A stretch of DNA of 64,000 bases, taken from NCBI GenBank assembly GCA_030704615.1, contig CM060732.1, positions 40,734,001 to 40,798,000 on the forward strand. The letters run 5' to 3'. Below, one piece after another: positions 10,447-24,087 of the stretch. Source of the DNA: Takakia lepidozioides (Eukaryota > Plantae > Bryophyta). The first letter of the stretch is position 1; each line of letters opens with the position of its first letter. Made by a program: the position numbers and the translations under genes. Below the pieces are notes generated by a model, which had not been told where the DNA came from, searched no databases, and saw only the letters and a program-made list of their open reading frames with translations.

Positions 10447-13400
10447 ATGGGGAAGCCCAGCGTTGCTGAGGCGGGGAGCAGGCCCCTGGTGTTTGCGTTG
10501 AATGGAAAGCGTGTGGAGTTGGCCAACGTGGACCCTGCCACCACGCTTCTCTACTACATTCGCACGCACACACCCCTCCGCGGCACCAAGCGCGGATGTG
10601 GGGAAGGTGAAGATGCATCTTTGCTCCCTGCTTTCATGCTGTTGTTAACTGTTCGAGGATGGATCACACTGTGCCTAGTAAATTGTCACTTGAGCGTCTT
10701 GAATAACTGCGTGTCTCTGTGAACGATGCGCTGAAGTGATAGTCTGAAATGAACAAATTCTACGATTTCCTGCATGTTCTTATTGCTAAATTTGCGGATT
10801 TGAAGCTGTAGGTTGAAATCACGGACCCACGTCGGCGAACCTTAGCACTCTTTTGGAACTCCCAGTGCATGCTCTGTGTGGTACACGCCAATTGCGGACT
10901 CTGGGTGAACTGTACTTCGTTCGAAACCTTAGCTGAATTCGTCAATTCAAAATCTGTCTCAACATCACGCCCGTTTCATCTAATCAGAGTGTAATTTATG
11001 TGATCTGTGATTCCCTGTGTCCTTAATGGGTTCGTACCTGCAGGTGGCTGCGGCGCTTGTGTCGTTCTTCTCTCCAGGTACAATTCAAGCACCAAGCAAG
11101 TGGAAGAGCTCACTATCAACTCCTGCCTCACTCTCCTTTGCTCCATTGATGGCTGTGCAATCACGACGACTGAAGGGCTTGGGAGCTTACGCGATGGACA
11201 TCATGCTATTCATAAACGGCTCTCCGGTTTTCATGCTTCCCAATGTGGATTCTGCACCCCAGGGATGACCATGGCCATCTATGGATGCCTGAGGAACCAA
11301 CAAGCGAAGAATTCTAGCTGCATCTCGGGGCCCACGAAAGAAAGCTCGCAAAGCAATGGTACAGGTTTATGTAACAAGGCCTATGCTGTTCCAGGTCTCA
11401 CTGTTGAGAAAGCTGAGAAATCTGTTTCTGGCAATCTGTGTCGCTGCACCGGGTACAGACCCATTCTCGATGCTTGCAAGAGTTTTGCTTGTGATGTGGA
11501 TCTGGAAGATCTGGGGCTAAATTCCTTTCAGGCAAATAACCTGTCGGGAGGCCCAGGTCAGCTTCCGCAGTACGATCCATCAGCGGACCCCATATTTCCA
11601 AAGTTTCTCCTTGAAGATTTAGAGGCAAAGGCGATACCCAGGAAACAAGACGACGAACCTCACGATCAGTTGCGATTCCGACATGTTGACACAAGCCCAG
11701 ACGAAGGGGAAAAGGACCGTCTGTGGGTCAGCCCCAGAAATCTGGCAGAAGTTTTTTCTTCCTTGAAATTGTACCAGGGTAAACGTAATGTGAGACTTGT
11801 TGTGGGGAACACCAGCTCTGGAATCTTCAAAGACATAAAACCTGAAGTCTTCATTGACATAAGCAAGGTATACGTTTGCACTCAGCCCATTCTGGCCTTA
11901 GACTAGCAAGTGTTTCGAGGAATTGTGTTCATCCATGGCTGGCTGAAAAGGTTGGGCTGTTGATTAGATGGTGGAGGGGGTATTATATGAACATGATAGA
12001 GACAGGCATTTGGGGAGCACCCCTTCCTCTTCTGGAATCAGGGTGTCACTGAAAGATTCTTTGAAAGTAGCGGCTTCTTCCTTCACACATGTAAAGGGAC
12101 TACATGATGCAAACATTGTACTCTTGTGTAAACAGGTACCTGAGCTGCTCTCTGTTCATCAAGGTTCTCATGGAATTGAAGTGGGTGCAGCTGTAAGCAT
12201 TGCCAAACTCATTGACCTTTTGGAAGACTTTGCACCCCTCAGCCCCATCTCTGGCGTAAATCAGACACAGGAAAATGGTAAAGCAAATGGAGGCACCCTG
12301 TCTTATGGGGAGAATGTGAGCAACTCCATACGTCTTGCTCTGGCAACTCACCTCAAGCAATTGGCCACAGGACATGTGCGCAACTGGGGGAGCGTGGGGG
12401 GTAATTTGGTGATGGCCCAGCAGTACTCTTTTGATTCAGATCTAGCCACCATCCTCCTTGGAGCTGGGGTCAAAGTTAAAATTGTCTCAGAGGGAAAAAC
12501 ACATCCCATTATTGAATCTCTGAATCTGGACGAGTTTCTTGCAAAAGGGTTGCTGGATGATGGGAGTTTGTTGCAGTCAATTTGGATTCCGCTTGAGGAT
12601 GAGGGTCCAGTTAGCAATGGTCATTTTGTCATCAATGGTTCAGTCAATGGGAATGGGAAGGTCAGTGACGCTTCCAGTGACTCCAAAGTGGTGTTCAAGA
12701 CCTTCCGGGCCTCACCACGGCCTATGGGCAATGCTGTCTCCTACGTGAATGCAGCTTTCTTTGCCCGTGTCTCTGACAATGGAGCAGGAAATGTGATCCA
12801 GAAGGTTCGGTTGGCATATGGTGCATTTGGGACAAAGCATGCCATTCGTGCACTGAAAGTTGAAGAGTTGATTACCAGCAAAGTTCTGACCCCAAGCCTG
12901 CTGCTGGAGGCTGTTTCTTTATTGAAGAAAGATGTTGTTCCGCGTGTTGGGACAACCAAGGCAGAGTTTCGTGTAAGCTCGGCTGTCGGGTTTCTGTTCG
13001 AATTTCTCAATCCTCTCCTCCCAGTCAACACCTCACCTACAAGGCAACCGACTATGGTAAGTGATCGGAGCCCCAGCACCTGCAATTTTATTATAATCTC
13101 CTTTTTCCAGTGCCTGTTGTTGTAGACGAGATTGCTTTCTTCAAATGGCATGGGAGAATTTTGGGAATTCCTTGAGGATGAAATTTCTGAACCAGCTGGA
13201 AGGAAAGGAATCCACATCCATGTTTCCGGTAGGAAAGATGAAGCTATTCAATGGAATGGGTACTCATGGCCCTAGACCTGAAAGTATGAAAGACTAGATC
13301 ACTATGTGCACCTCTCTTTGCTAGTTGGAGATTTCCGCTCAAACTGGGCGCAGGGTCAATGGCCACAAGGCTACGGCAAACAACGTCTTATGAGTACATT

Positions 13401-16400
13401 CTTTGCTAGTTGGAGAAGCTTGAGTCAAGCTTGTGGCCATCCAGTGTTGTTCACAGTTTGGAGTTAGTATGAAATTGGTGGCATGTCGTATACAGCTTTC
13501 CTGAAAGTCTCTGGTAGGGCTGAATTCTCTCAAGGTTCATCTCCACTTCTGAAGGAGCATTTTGAGATAAGGCATCTTGCTGTCGTCCTGTCCCTCTTCT
13601 TCTGTGCACCGTTAAAACTATACAGAGGATGTATGGCCACAAGGTGCAGCAAGCAATGTATAAGGATCAAAATTTTCTTGCTTCTGGTTTCGCAGGCCCG
13701 TCACAGCGGAAGGCAGATCATCACGGTGACTGATGAGCATTTCCCAGTAAACCAACCTGCACCCAAGGTTTTTGCTGAACTCCAAGCATCTGGTACCCTC
13801 TCTTGCTCTCTTGGTGTAACTATGCCGATCCTTGTGTTCTTGTACTGTAGTTAAGGTTCCTCCAAATGGCACTACTTAAGGCTTTGGCCTGTCCAGGATG
13901 GCAGGGTCAAACATTCTGAAAGGAAATGTTTTGGATTTCTTATTGCAGGAGAAGCTATATATGTTGACGATATTCCATCACCAGAGAATTGCCTACACGC
14001 TGCATTTGTATATAGTGAGGAGCCCTTGGCGAAGGTAAAGGGTGTGACTGCAAATTCCGCCCTGGGGTCTGTAGGTGCAGTGGCGTATGTCTCTGCTAGT
14101 GACATTCCCCCTGGCGGAAAGAATGTGGGACTTGCACATGCCTTCAGTACAGAGACCCTCTTTGCTACAGATCTTGTGGAGTGTGTCGGTCAACTTTTGG
14201 GAGTTGTGGTACTTTCCACTAACCTGAAGTACAAAATTGCTATACTTTGGGAGGGTGGCCAGGAGGAAGAGGGTGCTAGAGCTGCGTGGGGGAGATTGCT
14301 TCACTTCAAAGTTTGCCTTTTAACAGTCTTGGGAGAACTGCCATCACTATACGAAAGCATAGAATGAAGCTAGTATCTCGTGACCCCACCTTAAGCAGAC
14401 GTGCAGATGTCAATTCAAATTAGCAGATTTGTCTGGAGAGTGGACTCTCACATCACCCACTCTCGCACTCATTTCAGGAAAAGAGCAGGAAGATTCAGGA
14501 CTGCAAAATAATATTGACAAAATTATGTCTCCCCTCAATACTGTTGTAACATGGGATATGGTGCATTTGTCTTGGCAGGTTGCAGACACATATGACCATG
14601 CTAGAACTGCTGCAGCCAAAGTCAGCATAGACTACGATACACATAGTGTTGGACCCGCTGTCCTCTCTGTGGAGGATGCGGTCTCTCAAAAATCCTTATT
14701 TGATCCCCACTGGTATGTAGCCCCTGAGCTGCACCCTGTAGGAGATGTCGCAAAGGGTCTTGCAGAGGCGGACTTCAAGATTGAAGGGGCTGAGGTAAGT
14801 ATTTTTCAAGCCATCATCACTCTCTCTTGCATAGCTAGGTGAGCAGTTTAGGAATCCCCCTTATGTTTTTAAGTATGTGTCAAGGAATGAACACTCAACC
14901 ATCTGTAACAAGATGGTCGTTGGCTCTGCACTACTTGGAATTTGGGGTGCTCTAGTCTCATACACACTGGTGAAACCCCATGGAGGATATGTTCCCCTGG
15001 GATGAGACCCTCAAGGGCGCCATAGGCAATATTTGGAAGAACGGTTTATGATTACACTATCTCTCTCTTGCTCTCTTACTCTCTTCTCTCTTGCGGACGT
15101 TATGAAGTACCATTTCATTTCATTTCTCTCTTGCTCAACACACACACGCACATTACCTGCAACGGGAGGACCACCTATGTCCAGCTTGCATAGGGCGCAG
15201 CAGGGAAAATTGAAACTGAAGAACAGTTCTTCTGTTGCCCTCTATACTACGAGATCCGTGGGAGATTCCACTGTTTATTACGTGGAACCCAATCTCTCAC
15301 TGAAGTCTTGCACTATGAGGATCAGAAATGCCTGGCGCTTACCTGCACGAGGCCTTCACCCTTAGACAATCACTCGAACAACAGTTCTTATTCTTGGCTT
15401 TGGTTTTGTTTCCTCTCTCAGGTTTTCTTCCACTTTGTCCCATAAGCTCTATGAGCTTTCCATGGACGTTATAAAGCACCATTTCATTTCATTTCTCGCT
15501 TGCTCAACACACACACGCACATTACTAATGCTTTTTGTTAGGAGGATTTCATTTTGTTCAACCAGAATTGTCAGCAATTCTGTTATTTGCACTGGTTTTA
15601 TTTTAAGCACAGGGGTTGTTGAAACCAAATTTGATGTGGGACATTGTACAGGTATCCACACCATCCCAGAATCATTTTTACATGGAGACACAAACGGCTC
15701 TAGTTGTCCCAGATGAGGATGGATGCTTTGTGGTGTACTGCTGTACCCAGGTCCCTGAGACTGTGCAAGAGACCGTAGCTGCCTGCCTAGGACTTCCTGT
15801 GCACAACGTCCGTGTCATTACTCGCCGACTTGGTGGTGCATTTGGAGGCAAAGCGTTTCGGAACATGCCTGTGAGAGCCATTAACTTGCTTTTGATTTAG
15901 TCCTGTATAGATTTGTCTGTCATGTGTCCCCTCTAAACCCCCCAGTCAAATTTCCATCCAAATTGTGCACGGGGTCCTGTGTCTGAAGCACAGGGGCTTC
16001 GAAGATAGTCAATCAGTACCCGTCTCTAAGCTCCTTTGGGCCTACCCGTGGAAAGTGCTTTGTTGCAAAAACAACAAAACTGCAGTTCTATCTGGATACA
16101 TTCTCGAGCAGTCCTCCATGCCGATAGAGTCTTGCGGCCGGATTACCTGTCTGCAGCTCTATCTCCCTCTTTCCCAAGTGCACTGTGGAGGTTTAGGGGG
16201 GGCTCCCGCAGTTTGTGGAAAGAGACTGGTAGGTGGGAAAATCTGCAACACGAAGACCGACTATGCTCTGCTTGTGCTGGGAACTCCAGGGAAATTGAAA
16301 GTGAAGAATCTTTCTTCTTTCAGTGCCCTTTATACTAAGAGATCCATGGGAGATTCAACTGTTTATTCTCGGATACCCAATCTCTCACAGGTCTTCCATT

Positions 16401-19400
16401 ATGAGGATCAGAAATGCTTTGCAGCTTACCACTTGAAGCATTGACTCTTTGGCAATCCCTTGAGCTTTAGTTGCTTTTGGGCTGTTTTTGTCCCCTCTCT
16501 CTTTCTTGTTTCTTGTTTTCTCTTGTCCCATAAGCTCTTTGAACTTCCTGCAGACGTTATAAAATACCTTTTCATTTCATTTCTGTCTCTCATTGGGCAA
16601 CATTTGGTGTAGTCTGCTGTGGGTTTCTTCTTATTCTACTTCATCCCATGGCACTGGGGGATCTCATCCTCTCTCAGAGTGTGCTACAACTAACATCAAG
16701 TGTTTTGAATGCAATCTACCATTCCTCGTTGAATCCTGTTCTGTCCCATGTTCCCTCCACCATAACACTCCATATACATATGTGCTGGAATTTTATGACC
16801 ATACTTCCAGTTTCTTAAATTGTGTTATGACTGAAAAGTCTTTGTCCCTTTTACTCCCTGTTCTCCAGATTACAGTTGCATGTGCACTGGCTGCCTACAA
16901 GTTGAATAGGCCTGTGCGGTTCTCACTCGACCGGAACACAGACATGATTTTGATTGGCGGACGCAGCCCTACAAAAACCACCTTTACTGTGGGATTCACG
17001 GCAGATGGGAAAGTTACAGCCCTCAAAGCTCATGTTTTGATTGAGGCAGGTTGGTCTCCAGATATAAGTATTCTAATACCTGGCAGTATTTCGGGTGCCA
17101 TAAAGAAGTACAACTGGGGGGCCTCGGATGTCACTATCCAAGTGTGTAAAACTAATTCAATCCCCAAGACGTCCATGCGAGCACCTGGTGATGTCCAGGG
17201 GTCCTTCATCGCAGATGCAATAATTGAGCATGTGGCAGCAGCGCTGGGCATGGATGCACATAAAGTGCGGGAGAAAAACTTTCATGATGCTTCAAGTATT
17301 GAAAAGTTCTGTGGGGCTGACAAAGTAGGCGGTGCCGAAGGCTACACTTTAGCCCTGATGTGGGAGAAGCTCAAGGCTTCTGCCAACTGGGAATTCAAAG
17401 AGAAAGAAGTGCAGGCCTTCAACTCTCACTCAAAATGGGCTAAGCGTGGCCTGGCTATGATCCCATGCATCTATGCACTGGGTGCGAGTCCCTCTGTCGC
17501 GACAGTAAGCATTTTCCAGGATGGCTCCATTGTAGCAGAGGTGGGGGGAGTGGAAATGGGGCAAGGGCTCTACACGAAAGTGAAACAGACAATAGCCTTT
17601 GGTCTCAGTAAACTATGGCCACAGGTGAGATTGCACCCCAGAAACCATGAGCGCAACTTACTGGATTTTTTGAGTAGAATTGCCCATGCAGAATTAGCAT
17701 GTCCCCCATTTTCCGACGTGGTGACAGTGTCTTCCACGACGTGATTTGTGTTCCCTATATGGGGATCAATGAATGAATGAGGAAGGTATCAAGTGTTTCT
17801 AATTTAGAACATGGACACTGCACTGCAAAAGGGAAACATAAGACTAGGAAGCATACTTTGTGTAGACAGCAAGATTTCGCCAAAGACTTACAGTGCATTC
17901 ACTGATCACCTGCTGAGGGCTCTGGAGCCTCTGATCTACGGCATTTTGCATCTTTGCATCATGTTGTTATGAAAATGACATGAGCTTGTGGCCTGCTGTT
18001 TTTTTTACTTGTGTGATTCCTATGTGCTCCGATAAGCACAAATGTTTGTCACCGGTATACAGCGACAATCTTTTGCCAGTGTACCATCCTATCATTGTGA
18101 TTGATTAGCTGATTCTCCTGTTTGACACTGGTGCGTCACACCATTTTGACTGAACTCAGAATAGTGTTCTTCCTTCAGAGCGCTTTTTCCGGCTTGCTGA
18201 TTGAATTTGATATGCTGCACTAAGGGCACTGTGTATACATGTCGATGCAGGGTAGAGGTGTTGACATGTCAAAGGTCCGCATTGTCCAAGCAGATTCCAT
18301 CAGTCTTCCACATGGTGGCATTACTGGTGGTAGCACCAAATCAGAGGGTAGCTGCGCAGCTGTGCTGGAAGCGTGTGCTGTCCTGGTGGAAAGGTTGTTA
18401 CCCATCAAGCAGAATCTTGAGAAAGACCTTCCCAGCTACTCCCTTCCTTGGGAGGCCCTGGCTGGCGCGGTATTTTCGTCTTCTATTTCCTGTTCAGTTT
18501 GCCAAGAATAAACAAAGAATTGAGGATCAATCTGCATAGCTAAAACACATAGACTTTTAATCTCACCATACCTTTCAACTTTACCCCAAACAGCAAGTAT
18601 GAACTTTGGCTCAACTACTTGGGCCACATGCGTCATTTGCTGAGTGCTTGTATAGGAGTATATGTCGGAACTGAGGGCCTTTACTGTTGTACATTTTCAT
18701 ACAGGTTTGTAGTTTCAAAACTCACTCTTTTGTTTCACTGGGGGAACTCCTACATGCAGGGAAAGTTCATGACGGACTTGACAGCCCATGTGCGCTGGAG
18801 TCCAACACAAATGCAATATCTCAACTATGGGGTATGCCTTAGTCAGGTGAGTGACACAAACATATTTTTTGTCGCCACAATGTAGCTGTCTGCCAAAGCG
18901 TGCAGGGACAGACATCAGACCAAGGACCATACTGGACAGAAGAGGGAGGTGTCTGCTTCAAATGCCTGGGGTCAAGGTCAGCTAATGTATCTGAGCGCAA
19001 AATAAGGAATCTGCACTGCGGTAAGGATAGAGCAAATTGAGATTTGGTACTTGGCATGGAAACCTCAGCATTACCCTTATGTTTGGCAGGTGGAGATAAA
19101 TGTGTTGACGGGTGAGACCAGAACTCTGTCGACAGATTTAATATATGATTGTGGAAAGAGCTTGAACCCAGCTGTTGATCTTGGCCAGGTTAGTCTCCCA
19201 CACCCATCTGTTTTATTGCTCTCATGCATATGTGTTCATAGCTACACGTATGAGGCTGTTGGGTAGACTATTCCTGCTGACTTCTCTCTTGACTTACTAT
19301 GGACGTTTATAGAGTGTCTTTCTATCTTCGTCTGCTCTTCAAAGCATTGCTAGACTGGTTCCACAAAACTCCAGTCGAATTAGTACAACCCTTTTGCAGG

Positions 19401-20354
19401 TGTAACCTGTACTTAAGTCTACAATCTCTATCCGTTTCCGTTTCTCGTTGTCTTTAAATCGGTGTTCTCAAAAGTTGGCTTCCATGAATCATGTGATCCG
19501 GTTGCTAGTAGTAAGAACACCGAAGAATCCACTTTCATTTGTTGGTGGGGAAAATCTCCCCAATCGACTCTAGTTTACATTAAACTGAACATACCCCGAG
19601 CATGCTTGGGTGGTGCTGATTGAGGTCTTAGGGACTTACCAAGTTACTAGTCCTCAAGCGGCGCAGGAAGTTGTGAGAGCATCTATTACACTAGGTTTGT
19701 GACATGCAGCGATTTAGCTCGGAACCAATGCTTTTATGCAGGTAGAGGGCGCATTTGTACAAGGCATGGGTTTCTTCTTGACAGAGGAAATTGTGAGGGA
19801 CAACAAGGGGAAGCTTGTATCAGATGGGACGTGGACCTACAAGGTCCCAAGTATGGATGTCATCCCACACAACTTCAATGTGGAGCTCTACAACAGCCCT
19901 GCCCACAAAGACCGCGTCCTTTCCTCTAAAGGTAATTCAGTGTGTAAATCAGAAGGATGTTGGTCCTTGCTTTGTACACAGAATTGCATTTGAACATGGT
20001 TTAGTCACTGTACATATTCGTACGGGCAAGTTCCTGTTTCCAAGAGTGTTCTCTAGGCTGGTTGTAGCTGCAATCATTTGGCATCTCACATAATCAATGG
20101 CTATTGCAGCGTCCGGTGAGCCACCACTGCTGTTGGCAGGATCGATCCTTAGCGCAATCCGGTATGCCATTCAAGCTGCACGAAGAGAGTTTCCTTCAGC
20201 AACAAGAAATCCTGGAGCAAATGGAAGCTTGACAAAAGGGGCTGATATTTTCCGACTCGACCCTCCTGCAACAATCGACAAGGTCAAGACCTTATGTGGC
20301 CTAGACATTGTAGAGCAGTATCTGGCATCCTTGGTTGAAATGGAGCACAAATGA
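10447..20354 (+). CDS. AAO: Aldehyde oxidase (molybdo-flavoenzyme, plant AO/AAO family), 13 exons, about 1430 aa
   Basis: Exons 10447-10606, 11044-11867, 12136-13056, 13696-13792, 13949-14208, 14579-14794, 15652-15870, 16869-17624, 18251-18469, 18760-18846, 19090-19188, 19742-19931, 20110-20354; all GT-AG and in frame (4293 nt). Motifs: 2Fe-2[31 protein letters not shown]; [13 protein letters not shown]; Moco [35 protein letters not shown]; plant-AO-type [13 protein letters not shown] (XDH has SKAVGEPP). Confidence 0.95.
15157..15493 (+). mobile_element. RTEX-like LINE 3' fragment in AO intron 6 with a 32-bp target-site duplication
   Basis: Absent from the pseudogene copy (empty site at about 2260-2293). 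Flanked by TCTC(T/G)CTTGCTCAACACACACACGCACATTAC at 15125-15156 and 15494-15525. Ends in (ATTTC)n. A second, roughly 33-nt 3' tip lies just upstream (15093-15124). Confidence 0.85.
15990..16582 (+). mobile_element. RTEX-like LINE 3' fragment in AO intron 7
   Basis: Encodes [52 protein letters not shown], the RFRxxSHxLxxETGRW plus CxxC...ExExHF...CPxY C-terminus of RTEX-type ORF2. Ends in an (ATTTC)n tail. The 5' limit is approximate. Confidence 0.8.
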
Positions 20355-23300
20355 GATGAAGCATGTCAGATTCAAATATTAAGGCAAGAAGCAAATACTG
20401 CAAAGAACAAGAGAGGTAAGAGAGGTAAGTTAGTTAGTCTTCTGCTTACAAGACACGCCCAACTGAGCGAAGAATACGATGTCAGTCCGGTATTGCGCAG
20501 CGGGACTCGGCTCGGGCACGTAAAAGGAAAACCCATTATACCCTATCTCTAAATTTTGTATGTGAGGTGACGCACAGTGGTGCAATGTGCGAACTTTTAA
20601 GTTGTTTGTTAATATGAGATTGTTGACTGATTGTAAAATTGGGTATGTTATCTGATATTGTCCCCCCTTAACCCAAGTGACAACCACATAGGGGCAGGCG
20701 TGGGAACGCTGGCGCACTTCACAGCTTCACATCAAGCTGCTACCATGCACCACTGATCAAACCCACCCACCAACCCCAATCACATTGCTTTCCATCTCAA
20801 TATGATTTCCATGCAATGCCTCTTGTTTACCTTTGTCTTGAATCTGCACTATGTTTCAGTTGATGACATACTAACCCCAATCGATATCAGCACTCATTAC
20901 AATAGCACATATTACTCCCCCTTGCAGGATCAAAAAAAATCCCCTCAATCTCTTGAAAGCATCCACCAAGGCTACCACTCCAGATCTTTAGTGCAATGCC
21001 TCTTGTTTACCTTTGTCTTGAATCTGCACTATGTTTCAGTTGATGACATATTAACAACCAATCAATATCAGCGCTCATTACAATAGCACATATTACTCCC
21101 CCTTGCAGAATCAAAAAATTCCCCTCAATCTCATGGAACCCCAATGCTGGATACCTTGTTACTGGCCCACCTCTTCTAATATGGATTTGCCGTCTTACCC
21201 CCCCAATGCTCTGCATAATCGCAATAACTGCACATCCATGAACAACTATACGCCACCCATTACCATTACCTAGAACAATCAATATACCCCCTGGAACCCC
21301 ATTTGATGGCCCCCTTACACAACCCTCAGAACAGCACATACCTTAACAAAGACTGCTCCATCCTCTATGCCAATAACTACTACAAAAACAGCCGCACACC
21401 TATATACTACACAATTAAGACAGACTGAATGCCAAATACAAAATACCACTGTTCATACCCCTAGGGCCCCCAAGCAGACTACAAATACTGTCAAGCGGTT
21501 ATTACCACATGAAGGTAGCTCTCTGTCTATAACTGAGAAAACACCCCCTCCCAAGCAACTGCCCTACAACGACACACAAGATACAGTTACACTTGCTGTT
21601 AAAAGTTGCGCCCAAATCACCCCCACCACAGCAGTAAACCCATATAAATATGCTACAAAAACAACTGCATGCCTATATAGTTGGCAGACATTGTTTACAG
21701 ATACAGCATTGGCGCACCTGAGGCGTGACTCCACGTCTAGCAATACATCTAAAATTCACAACACACAAACAAAAAATATTTACCCGTCACAATGTATCAT
21801 TCAAAAGATCCTTGCTTCAATTACAAGAAGGTCTCATGCTGCCAATAAATTATATTCCCAACACATTGCACAGCACGACCTCCAGCTGTGTATCATTAAA
21901 TTGCTTACACCATCCCACTGTCCCCCTCTATACCATGTTCAGAGTCAAGACCCCAAGCAAGGCCCGCTCCACATAGTCACATTTAACAAAGCCTCTGCCA
22001 ACATAGAACCAAAAAACAGAGCAGGAACCAATCAATTATGCTTACCAAACCCATGTCCACAAAACACCTCCGTCGATAATATCCCTCAAAACCCCATGCA
22101 GCCTACAGATACTATCACACAGCTCTTGCCGGACACGGATAGCTCTCTGTGTGTAACTGATGCAACACCCCCTCTCGCTCAACTGCCTTGCTACACCATG
22201 CAAGATTCATCATTTGTTATTAAAAGCTACATCCACATCGATTGGCAGCTACTGTATGCAGATACAGCATTGATGCACCTGCGGCCTGATGCCACATGAA
22301 GCAATATATTTAGAACTCATAAAACAGGAACGAACCGTACTGATTCCTTCCTAGTAACCATACACATGCAAACTATTTACAGCCTAATGTAGGTTGAGGC
22401 AGACTGAATGCCAATTACAAACGCCTGGCTGCACCATGGTACCAAAAAATCGGATACAACGTATGCTGCTTCATGATTACAGCCCTGGCCCCCCTTACCG
22501 CCATCAAAACTCAGCCATATGCACTCTACCGCCACAGTGCCCCATTCAAAAGATTCGAGTCTCAATTACAATATGGTCTCACATCACCAATAAATACTAT
22601 CAAGGCATTGCAAACTGCTCCAACCAAACAGCGCTCCACACAACTCACAGATCATGCAATATCCCTCACCTCTGGCTACCACAAATGACAAATCTCAAAT
22701 CCCTAATTCACTAATGCCTCCAAATTGGACTGCAACAGGAAACAATTACCCTGGCAACCTGGCAAAATAGCCCCATCCACACTACCAGACCAGACGCTCT
22801 CTTACCCCCGCATTCCACCCCTGCTCCTACCTGCAACCCACTCACACATACTTGGACAGAGACTAGATCAACCAGATACACATAGACAGACCCCTTACTT
22901 CTGCACTACACACTGGATCCTACCAAAACCCATTAAAAAACCCTGCTAATTCCACGCATAATGCAGGCAGAAAGCTCACATAAAAAGAAGCTGCCATTTG
23001 CAGGACCTCCAAACGTCGACCTTGGCACCCCCTGCCACACTCAAAATTCACTCGTAACCACCCTGACAACCGCCCTGACAACGCTGAATATGATTAATTA
23101 CTGCACCCTACACACACCACATATCTCAGGCGAACCCCTATGCATTTTAGTAGTACGTCAAAATTACATGCTCACCAGGAAAATGAAACAATAATCTACC
23201 TTATGCAAAAGTTCAAAGGCAGAATAACCATTCATCAAACTAACAGGTCTAAATCCAACATTCTACATTACCCTCTACCCCGCAGAAAGCTCAAATGCAG

Positions 23301-24087
23301 GCTGCAGGACAAAGAACGCCATGTATCCAGGCCAGCTGACATTTGGTCTACAACGGTTACCGAACATACTCTCCCAAGACCTAAAGATCACATGATGAGG
23401 ACCCCTGCTAGGATGAGATTACAACAAATCGCTTGGCCGACGCAGGATATTGTTTGGCCGTTAAATTAACTACACATAGAGAGGACATAACACACAATCA
23501 ACCTCTACATGTGCCCCAGTCATGGCGCCAGCCACTGGCCAACAAACTCGCAAAAGCAGATTTGCAGCATCGTTATTGCTCAAAACAATTTGCAGTCATC
23601 TTCATACTAAAGATCACACCATATTCGATAGAACCCCCCCCCCCCCCCCCCCCACCCCCACCCAACTCACCTTGGCCCCCCATTACAGCTCCAACTTATA
23701 AATACAACTTAACCCTTACGTTCCCAAGCCCTTTTTTGACATTTTACCAATTTTGGGTACCCAGCTGCAGTAAATTGCCCCTAGAAACCTACCAAAAATC
23801 ATCCAGACATTCTAGCCTTATAGCAATGGGCCTAGCTCATTTATGCATGACATAGCAAAAATGAGCCGTCCACTGTGGAAATTGTGAGATTATAACGGTG
23901 GCCCAGACCTCAAATATCAGGTCCCAAAGAAAAAGTGAGAAAGAAATTAGTTTGACCAAATCAAAACCTAGCTTTATCCAATTTTGCTTGCCCCAAGACC
24001 CACCATTTCCAAATCAATAGTGGAGTGGCTATGACCCCACTAGATTTCATATATTTCACAACGTTGTACATGCAAACGTGTATATAC

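Noticed and set aside
625-17251. Numerous short antisense or alternative-frame ORFs over the AO exons
   Set aside because: They are shadows of the real coding frames, duplicated only because the gene is duplicated.
10447-20354. Xanthine dehydrogenase
   Set aside because: The [18 protein letters not shown] and [14 protein letters not shown] motifs are of the plant aldehyde-oxidase type, not XDH (FRGFG, SKAVGEPP).
21367-22299. 310-aa ORF as a host gene
   Set aside because: Low-complexity Thr/Gln/Pro/His product of A/C-biased, internally duplicated retroelement-like sequence; no domain recognised.
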